Assembly: GCA_023334545.1 (NCBI GenBank) | Contig: JAADVB010000002.1 | Location: 1 to 64,000, forward strand | Source: Salisapilia sapeloensis CBS 127946 | Lineage: Eukaryota > Protista > Oomycota | Length of the DNA: 64,000 nucleotides | Direction: 5' to 3' | Shown here: positions 56,040 to 64,000 of the stretch, piece after piece | Layout: every line of letters starts with the position of its first letter | Position numbering within the stretch: position 1 is the stretch's first letter | Made by a program: the position numbers and the translations under genes | Notes under the pieces: generated by a model | The model's database searches: none | What the model was told of the DNA's origin: nothing | Seen by the model: only the letters and a program-made list of their open reading frames with translations

Positions 56040-58739
56040 ATGGTCAAGTCCTATCTCCGGTACGAGCGAGACTGTTCGTTCGGTGTGATCTCCTCCGTCG
56101 AAGGCAATGTGCTCTACGACAATTCTGGCAGACTTGCATTCTCTCCTGCATTACGTGACGTGGTCGTGTGGAACTTGCGCCAAGGCAGCCAAGTGCGTCG
56201 TCTCCAGCCAACGGACGCCGAAGGCAGTGTTGGACAAGTGACAAAGCTAGCACTCAGTCCCGATGGCAAGTTCCTCGCCGCCGGATACTCCACCGGAGTC
56301 ATCCGAACATTCAAAGTAGCGACCGGTGCTCTCGAAACGACATTGGATGGCCATCGCTCAGCTGTCGAAGCACTGGCATACAAGGCTGATGGCACGACCT
56401 TGGCATCTGGATCGCGTGATACGGACATTATCGTGTGGGATCTCGTCAGCCAAGCTGGTCTCTTTCGTCTTAAAGGACACAAGGATGCCGTGACGTCCCT
56501 GCGCTTTGCTGGTGATACGAAGATCCTGTCATCATCCAAAGACACGCTTGTCAAGGTTTGGGACATCGAGACGCAGCACTGCATCCAGACTGTCATCGGT
56601 CATCGCAGTGAAGTTTGGTCTCTCGACATTAACCCCACGGGCGATCGAGTCATCACAGGTGCATCGGACAATCAGATGCGAGTGTATAGTGTCACGGACG
56701 AAGAAGATGTATTGGCGTATGTCGGAAGCGTGTACAGACAGAGCAATGACCGAGCGTTGAACGTCGCTTTTGACTCCACTGGATCACTCGTCGGTGTCCA
56801 GAGTGCTGGGAAGACTGTCGAAGTGTACAAGGTGCGTTCGGAAGCAGAGATGAAGAAGAAGCGTCAGCGACGAGAGAAGCGTCAGCGTGAGAAGGCTCGA
56901 AAGAAAGGAGAGGACGTCGAGCGTGAAGTCGTGCAGGACGAAGCCATGGACGAGTTTGAGCTCATGTGTGTCGTCCGGTCGACGCACAAAGTCAAGTCGT
57001 TTGCCTTTAGCCCAGACGTGGCCAAGGACGGCACGACGTCCTTACTTTTCGGTCTACAGAATAACAGCTTAGAAACGCATACCTTGTCTCCTCAGTCGGA
57101 ATCTGTCGAGGAACGTAGTAGTAAAGCGAATGCGTTGACGTTGAGTGGTCATCGCTCGGACGTCCGACACGTGAGTGTGAGCTCCGATGACCAGCTCCTG
57201 CTCTCCCTCTCTAGTTCGTCCGTAAAGATCTGGAACGCCCAGTCGATGCAATGCATCCGGACGTTGTCTGAAGGTATCTCGCTAGCTCTCTGTGCTGCCT
57301 TTGCGCCTGGTAACATGCACGTCGTGGTCGGAACGAAGAGTGGTGCATTGCTCTTGTTCGACTTGAACTCTGGCGAGTGCGTCTGGAAGGATGAAGAAGC
57401 ACACAACGGTTGTGCCGTGTGGACAGTTGATGTCCGTCCAGATGGCAAAGGTATTGCCACGGGTGGTGCTGATAAGCAAGTGAACTTTTGGGACTTTGAA
57501 ATGTACCGTGTGGACGGAAGTGATGGTCTCAAGCTCGGATTGAGTCATTCGAGGCTGCTAAAGATGGCAGACGATGTGCTGTGCGTTCGTTTCAGTCATT
57601 CAAAAGACGCAAAGAAACTCTTGATCGCCGTCGCGCTCTTGGACTGCACCGTCAAGGTGTTCCATGACGACTCGCTCAAGTTCTTCTTGAGCTTATATGG
57701 ACATAAACTACCAGTGATGTCAATGGACATTTCGTCCGACGATACGTTGCTAGCGACGGCATCTGCAGATAAGAATGTCAAGTTGTGGGGATTGGACTTT
57801 GGTGATTGTCATAAATCTCTCTTTGCACATGATGATAGTGTCATGTCCGTGCGTTTCGTACGTCGCACACACTACTTTTTCACCGCGTCGAAAGATAAGA
57901 CCGTAAGTTACTGGGACGGAGATCACTTTGAACGTATTTTAAAGCTCCAAGGCGCACACTTTGGTGAAGTCTGGGGACTCGCAGTGTCTGGTGATGGTAG
58001 TTTCCTCGTCAGTTGTTCGCAAGATCGGAGTATCTGCAAGTACGTTCGAACGGAAGATCAAGTGTTCTTGGAAGAAGAGCGAGATAAGGAACTTGAACAG
58101 CTCTTTGAAGATGATTTGACTAAACCCGGGCAGGAGAATGGTCCGGCACTTGGACAGGAGAAGAAGGAGGAAGATACGTCTGCTTCGGCTTCGAAACGTA
58201 CGATCGAGTCAGTGAAAGCTGGAGAGAGTTTGATGGAAGCGATTGAATTGGCTGAGAAAGAGCTCAAGGCGATGGAGGAGTTTGAAGAGAACAAGAAGAA
58301 GAAGGAAGGTGATGTACCGGAGCGTGTGCCGAACATGCTGCTGCTTGGATACTCTCCTCTCAAGTACGTCTTGAACACGTTGCGACGCATTCGACCGCAT
58401 GAACTGGAAGAAGCATTGATCGTGCTTCCGTTCGAGTACGTCGAGTCGCTCATCAAGTTGCTCTTGCAGATGATTTCGAACCACTTGGAGGTTGAGTTCT
58501 GCTGCAACGTTCTGCTTCTACTATTACGTCAGCATCATACAGCCATCTGCAACCGAAGGCACTTGCTAGACAAGTTGCAGCTTCTGTGGCAACGACTACG
58601 ACGTCAGCTAACGGAGAACAAGAACCGGATTGGCTTCAACTTGGCTGGTATGAAGTACCTCAAGCGACAACTGGATGAGAAACGAACGGGGTACGTCCAA
58701 GAGATTGCACCGCCGAGTAAGAAGCAAAAGAACGAGTAG
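56040..58739 (+). CDS. UTP12: U3 snoRNP WD40 protein UTP12/DIP2/WDR3
   Basis: MVKSYLRY, many WD repeats, SLYGHKLPV, DFGDCHKSLFAH, and a C-terminal Utp12 domain (ELEEALIVLPF...NKNRIGFNLAGM). Confidence 0.95.
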   Translation: MVKSYLRYERDCSFGVISSVEGNVLYDNSGRLAFSPALRDVVVWNLRQGSQVRRLQPTDAEGSVGQVTKLALSPDGKFLAAGYSTGVIRTFKVATGALETTLDGHRSAVEALAYKADGTTLASGSRDTDIIVWDLVSQAGLFRLKGHKDAVTSLRFAGDTKILSSSKDTLVKVWDIETQHCIQTVIGHRSEVWSLDINPTGDRVITGASDNQMRVYSVTDEEDVLAYVGSVYRQSNDRALNVAFDSTGSLVGVQSAGKTVEVYKVRSEAEMKKKRQRREKRQREKARKKGEDVEREVVQDEAMDEFELMCVVRSTHKVKSFAFSPDVAKDGTTSLLFGLQNNSLETHTLSPQSESVEERSSKANALTLSGHRSDVRHVSVSSDDQLLLSLSSSSVKIWNAQSMQCIRTLSEGISLALCAAFAPGNMHVVVGTKSGALLLFDLNSGECVWKDEEAHNGCAVWTVDVRPDGKGIATGGADKQVNFWDFEMYRVDGSDGLKLGLSHSRLLKMADDVLCVRFSHSKDAKKLLIAVALLDCTVKVFHDDSLKFFLSLYGHKLPVMSMDISSDDTLLATASADKNVKLWGLDFGDCHKSLFAHDDSVMSVRFVRRTHYFFTASKDKTVSYWDGDHFERILKLQGAHFGEVWGLAVSGDGSFLVSCSQDRSICKYVRTEDQVFLEEERDKELEQLFEDDLTKPGQENGPALGQEKKEEDTSASASKRTIESVKAGESLMEAIELAEKELKAMEEFEENKKKKEGDVPERVPNMLLLGYSPLKYVLNTLRRIRPHELEEALIVLPFEYVESLIKLLLQMISNHLEVEFCCNVLLLLLRQHHTAICNRRHLLDKLQLLWQRLRRQLTENKNRIGFNLAGMKYLKRQLDEKRTGYVQEIAPPSKKQKNE

Positions 58740-58782
58740 ACTTTAAGATGCGATCAATAGATTTTCAGTTCATTGTTCCAAC

Positions 58783-60187
58783 TCAGTGGGATGCCCAGGT
58801 TGGTCGTGGGTCGTTCGGAGGGCGATAGTCACTGCGTACGAGGCGTACGTTTTGCGTCAGTGCAGGCGAGTTACCGTCTTCAGGGAGGCAGATCTGAAAA
58901 GCGTACGTGCTTAGTAGACGAGTGATAAGTGTAGCATTCTCAGCGCCAGTGCAGCCAATTTCCTTGAGATACATGCTTGAAGGTGCAATGGCAGGTTTCT
59001 CCTTGCCCACGCGGGTGAGCGTGTATCGATATTTGTTGAGGATGGATGGAGCGAGGCGTGGATGGAGACGTTCTTTCATGCAGAGAACGCGCCGACAACG
59101 TTCCTTCATAATGACTTGCTGAGCCTCATGGAAACTGATGCATCCGTCTGCATCTCGCTTGAGTGGAGCGAGTAGATGCTCGATATCTCGCTTCGTGTAC
59201 TGCGGGTATTTCTTTAACATGATGCTCACTTGCGATAGCACCTCCTCTTCCTGTTCCTCTGATAACGAGCACATGCCATAGACCTGAAGTATATCCTCTT
59301 TCTCCATCTTCTTACTCATGGTGAAGAGCTCCAAGTCTGTCACGTAGTGCTGACCTCGAGTACCACTTCGTAGTCTTGCTTTACGGTCCAGCGGACCGTA
59401 CATGGCAAAGACAAAGAGTCTTCCGGCTGAAGGTGGATGTTGGAGGTGAGGCGGGAAAACAAACTGAAGGAGTTGCTCGACATCGACTTTGTCCTGGTCT
59501 CTACGTCTTTGAGCTTTCTGAAGCGCTTTTCGGGCTCTATCCGTTCGATCGGAGAGGTAAGAAATGACATTTCCAATCGCATCGAGAGCTGATGGACACC
59601 AAATTCCGCTGACGGTGTCTTCGCTCGCAAGTTGAGATCGAAGACACGAAGATGCTTTCCATTGACTCGGATCATCAGGTCCCACTAGCTCGCTAAGCTC
59701 ATTCATCGCCTTTGACTTCTCAACGATGAACAGTATTGTAGTTCCACTACCATAAGCGCAAAGAGCGAGTTAGTTTTACATCAAGTCACAAAGTTATGGA
59801 AACCTGCCTAGATAATGCTTTAACTTCTACCGGTACATCATCGATGGCTTTTTCTGGCACAGAGGAACCACGAGCAGTATCGCTAGACTTGGCGCTCGCC
59901 ACTTCACTAGGTGCGTTGTTCGAATTGACACTTGCTGAGTCTTTCAATGTACTCTTCACACTGCCACTTTCATCAATTGGTACATTAGCTTCCTTTGTGC
60001 TGTACATTTCACCCCCGGGATTCGCCACTTCACTTATCAAGTACGTCGCCTCGTCAGCTGTGAGATGCATGTCTTCCTTCAAGACAAGATGAAAGTCTTT
60101 TTCTTTCAAAACCTTGACAACATCTTCTACACGGTCTAGCGTATGGCCGTAGAGCACCAGTATGGCTCGCTCTTTCTGCACATCCAT
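58783..60187 (-). CDS. Degenerate NDK-like domain + EF-hand-like protein
   Basis: KERAILVL...KDFHLVLKEDMHLT..EA, then (via intron 59747-59807) SSGTTILFIVE...LVGPDDP...LRSQL; later RDADGCISFHEAQQVI. Confidence 0.6.
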
Positions 60188-60307
60188 TCTTCTCAAACTA
60201 AAAATAAATGTGGCAACTAAACAAAGGATCTCGATTTCTTTTCATTTGCATGCTTAGTCGAGTCTACCTTGATAAACGCACCTCGAGGTGCTTGACATCG
60301 TCTCGTC

Positions 60308-61931
60308 TTACTCGACAATGAGCACCTTGAGCATGTTCGTCGATCCCGAGCGCGCTTCCTGCATGCCGTGAATCGCCACAACAGTGTCACCAGACTTGAT
60401 CCAGCCAAACTGCTTGCCCAAGTCCGACGCACGGTACAGGATCGAGTCCGTGCCGATCATCGAACCCATCACACGCGTCGTTGTACCCTTCAGATATCCA
60501 TCGGCCTGGCGAGCAGTCTCACCTAGCGCCGTGAGCACGAGAATCGGCTGACGCGGACGGTACTTGGAGATCAAACGCGCCGTGGTACCAGTCTCCGTAA
60601 GCACGACGATCATCTTGGCGTTGATGTCGATGGCCGTCTTGACCGCCGAGGACGCAATGGCTTCCTGCGTGGTCATGGCACCAGTGGTATCCAGGACACT
60701 GTTACGAAGCGCCTGGTATAGCTCGTCGTGGTGGATGGCACCTTCAGCCTGGAGACAGATCTTGCTCATCATGTCGACGGCTTGGATCGGGTAGTCACCA
60801 TTGGCCGTTTCACCAGACAGCATGACACAGTCCGTACCGTCCAAGACGGCGTTGGCAACGTCCGTGCACTCAGCACGCGTCGGACGAGGCGACTTGATCA
60901 TCGATTCAAGCATCTGTGTCGCCGTAATGACTGGCTTGCCAGCAATGTTTGACTTGCGGATCATCATCTTCTGCGCCAAAAAGACTTTTTCCGGCGGAAT
61001 CTCCATGCCGAGGTCACCACGAGCGACCATGACACCGTCCGTCTTCGAGAGAACGTCGTCGAAGTTCTCCAGACCTTCCTGGTTCTCGATCTTAGCGATG
61101 ATCTTGATGGCACGACCACGAGGACCGAGGACAGCACGGATGTTTTCAATGTCCTGACCGGTACGGACGAAGGACGCGGCGATGAAGTCGACGCCTTGGA
61201 CGAGACCAAAGTTGACGAGATCGTCCTCGTCCTTCTCCGTGAGCGTCGGGAGCATGACCTTGGAGCCTGGGAGGTTCATGTTCTTACGCTCGCCGATCGT
61301 CGCCGTGTTCTGGGCTTCCGCGAGGACGGACGTCTCGCGAATCTCAGTTACGTTCAGGACGAGCGATCCATCGGCGACGAGGATCGGCTTGCCGACCTCG
61401 ACAGACTGCGGGAGCTCCGGGTAGGAGCAAGCGATCTTGGTTTCGTCACCGAGGAAGTCGTAGTCGGTCGTGAACTCGACGATGGATCCACGCTCGATCG
61501 TGACCTTGTCGTGGTTGGACAGGAAACCCGTTCGGATTTCAGGGCCCTTGGTGTCGAGCATGACTGCCACCTACTTTATACATGAGAATATGATCGTAGA
61601 GAGAAAGTAAACAAGGACGAACGTGTTTGTGGGGACGACTGGCGAGAGCGCCACGGAGACGGCTGAGCGTGTCGCTATGGGTGGCGTGGTCACCGTGGGA
61701 AAAGTTGAGTCGCGCGACATTCATGCCGGCATCAATGAGCTCCCCGAGCTTCTCTTGGCTCCAGCAGGACGGTCCGATGGTGCATACGACCTTGGTTTTA
61801 CGCGTAAAGTTTTCATTCGATGTCAGGATGCTGTCGAGTCTAATATGCTATAAGTGATCTTATTCAAGACAAACTAGGCAAGTCAGTACGTACTCGACAC
61901 CCTGTTGACGGAGTCCAATTGCGCCTGCCAT
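60308..61931 (-). CDS. PYK: Pyruvate kinase
   Basis: RKTKVVCTIGP, GMNVARLNFSHG, MLDTKGPEIRTG, IIAKIENQEG, VMVARGDLGMEIP, ATQMLESM, DCVMLSGETA; two 5' introns. Confidence 0.97.
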
Positions 61932-62659
61932 GATTGCGAAAGAGTTGGTGGTTTAGAAGCTAGTCGAGTCCTAGGAAGGATGGGAATGCGATCTTTAGTA
62001 ACTGACTGCTGTTTTTTACGCATATATGATTGGAGGAGCAAGTTTGGAGGAGGCAATTGGGTACGCAGGATGGTACATGTTGGATAAAGAGTATGGTAGG
62101 TAAGAAGAGCATGGAGATGGCACATACCTGAGAGGCTGGGAATTGATTTCTGGCGGTCGAAGGTCGAAAAGATGCGCCTCATTTATGTGCTCCTGCTTGG
62201 TGCATACTTTGTCTAGTATGAGCATACATTATTCAAGTGGAAAGAGAGAAACGCGTCATCGACCAGGTGCTCCGGCATAGATCTGACGGATCCCATGCAA
62301 ACGGATCGAAACGCCTGGTAGCAAAGATAGATTTTGACCATGCAAACGATATGATAAAACGCTGACAAGGTTGAGTATCGCAGCTTGGCGTTCCGAACGG
62401 TCATGAAACGAAGAATCTGACACAAAGAAAAGATTTGCAAAGAGAGTGTCATCTGCTCATTGGATATTAGTGTATTAAATTTACACCAATCAAAAGACAC
62501 CACCTTCCTCCGAAACGCCAAAAGAGAAGCCACGAGCGCATTGTGGTGCAGAAGACCCTCTGCGTCGACTCCTTTCTACATCCCACTTGCTTCCTTACCT
62601 GCCCACTGCCTCTTGTATCTCTACCCACGTCCGTCTGAACACTTTTATATAAAACAAAC

Positions 62660-64000
62660 ATGCTGCAGCGACTGCGCCACGCCGTTGGCTGGGGTCCGCC
62701 GCCAGGCACGCGACTCGAGTTTCAAGTCTGTGCACCACTCGGACACGGCCAAACAGTCTACGTCGTCGGTGACATCCCGGCCCTGGGTGGATCCGTCGAC
62801 ACGCGTCCTATCTTTAGTGCATCTGATACCGGCCTAGCACTCGTCACGACGCCAGACTTGTATCCGATTTGGTACAATACTGAGCCTATTCTCGTTCCAG
62901 CAGGTACTCGCCTTTGCTATCGGTTTGCAATCTTCTCTGGAAATACCTTTCTACGCTACGAAAGCGTACCTCCACGTGAATTAGTCGTGCCAAACGCAGA
63001 CTGTGCCATTAATCACACGCTCGACGTTGCGGATGCCTCGAGTGATTTGACGGAAGAATCGTTCCCGGGAGGGATGTTTGGTAACGTCATTCGTCTAAGC
63101 TCTGGTCAGGCTCTAGTCGATCGTCGAGCCACGGGAGATCAAGATAGCTTTGGTACGTTCCCGAAACGGTCGTCGTCCGCCAAGTACTCGGCCACACCGT
63201 TACAAGATACGATCCCGGAAGAGAGTACGGATGTGCGGATGACACAGGAAGAAGAGGCGCCGTCGACTCCACCAGCGCAGCCTCGATTGTCTCGAGTTAA
63301 TTCTCCGAGTATCCAGAGTCCAGTAACACAGCGCAAGAGGTCTCTCTCGGAAGAGTCTGGTAAGTCTCAGAACGTAGTCATTGAATCCACAGACGGTGTC
63401 ATCATCGTCGTCTACCGTCTGCCTGTCCTCGTACGTCGCAACGAGGACGGCGAGTACGAAATCGAATGGGAAGACGACAACCTTTTGTGTCCTTCTGGTC
63501 TCTTAAAGGAGCCAAAGAGCTATTCAAACTGGGATCGTGCAGGCTCCATGCGCATCACATGGGTCGGGACAGTCCATTGCTCGAGTCCGATCCCAAAGGA
63601 AGATGAAGATCGACTCACGAGGCAATTGGCTGAATTCCATTGCGTCCCCGTCTTCCTCTCGCCTTCACTAGCTGAGACCTTCCATAGCTATTGCTACAGC
63701 ACGCTCTGGCCGATCTTCCATAACCTTGTCGACATCTACGGGAAGCTTCCGACGCGTTGGTGGAATCCGACGGAGCAAAAAGCCTCTTGGTCGGACTACA
63801 AGAGCGTCAATCGAGTGTTTGTGAACAAGATCATTGAAGTGTATAATGACGGTGACCTCGTGTGGGTTCATGGATTGCATCTCTTGGTCGCTCCGTCCTT
63901 CTTGCTACGTCGATTGCCGAGCGTCAATGTCGGACTCTTCCTCCATACGCCATTCCCATCCAGCGAGATCTTCCGGACGCTGTCTGTACGCGCAGACTTG
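62660..64000 (+). CDS. TPS: CBM20 + GT20 trehalose-6-phosphate synthase-family protein (runs off window end)
   Basis: Open frame from ATG 62660 to the window end. GQTVYVVGDIPALG...YPIW (CBM20); VVYRLP, WVG, LWPIFH, NRVF, GLFLHTPFPSSEIFRTL (GT20). Confidence 0.9.
   Translation, partial: MLQRLRHAVGWGPPPGTRLEFQVCAPLGHGQTVYVVGDIPALGGSVDTRPIFSASDTGLALVTTPDLYPIWYNTEPILVPAGTRLCYRFAIFSGNTFLRYESVPPRELVVPNADCAINHTLDVADASSDLTEESFPGGMFGNVIRLSSGQALVDRRATGDQDSFGTFPKRSSSAKYSATPLQDTIPEESTDVRMTQEEEAPSTPPAQPRLSRVNSPSIQSPVTQRKRSLSEESGKSQNVVIESTDGVIIVVYRLPVLVRRNEDGEYEIEWEDDNLLCPSGLLKEPKSYSNWDRAGSMRITWVGTVHCSSPIPKEDEDRLTRQLAEFHCVPVFLSPSLAETFHSYCYSTLWPIFHNLVDIYGKLPTRWWNPTEQKASWSDYKSVNRVFVNKIIEVYNDGDLVWVHGLHLLVAPSFLLRRLPSVNVGLFLHTPFPSSEIFRTLSVRADL

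Noticed and set aside
56044-58507. Multiple minus-strand ORFs inside UTP12 (similar ones in the kinesin, CLC, UGT and PK genes)
   Set aside because: Antisense or alternate-frame by-products of genuine coding sequence.

Overview
Eukaryotic, intron-containing DNA, most likely from a flagellated oomycete/pseudofungal stramenopile. Evidence: short ~55-65 nt spliceosomal introns, oomycete INR/FPR promoter motifs, a START-like+FYVE+GAF protein, a tubular-mastigoneme EGF protein and IFT70. Two very compact gene-dense blocks (1-41.9 kb and 56-64 kb, about 25 genes) flank a ~14 kb gene-sparse, more AT-rich island (42-56 kb). The first block holds RPS5, a C-terminal-motor kinesin, NRT2, PEX11, PFK2/FBPase2, CLC, sterol glucosyltransferase, Mdm35, TMEM256, ZNF598, IFT70 and RAD51C; the second holds UTP12, pyruvate kinase and CBM20-TPS. 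The island holds two aquaglyceroporin paralogs, a START-FYVE pseudogene and a duplicated non-coding module. The most striking sequence-level observation is that the two copies of this module have direct-oriented flanks, but two internal segments (92 nt and 19 nt), each bounded by inverted repeats, lie in opposite orientation, like invertible switches caught in both states. Other notable items: a mitochondrially targeted, apparently catalytically dead PEPCK-fold protein; an Mdm35-LEA fusion; a WW-2xWH2 actin regulator; and several further degenerate enzyme domains. CDS coordinates are gene spans including introns, inferred by eye. No CRISPR array, tRNA, rRNA or intact transposon was seen.
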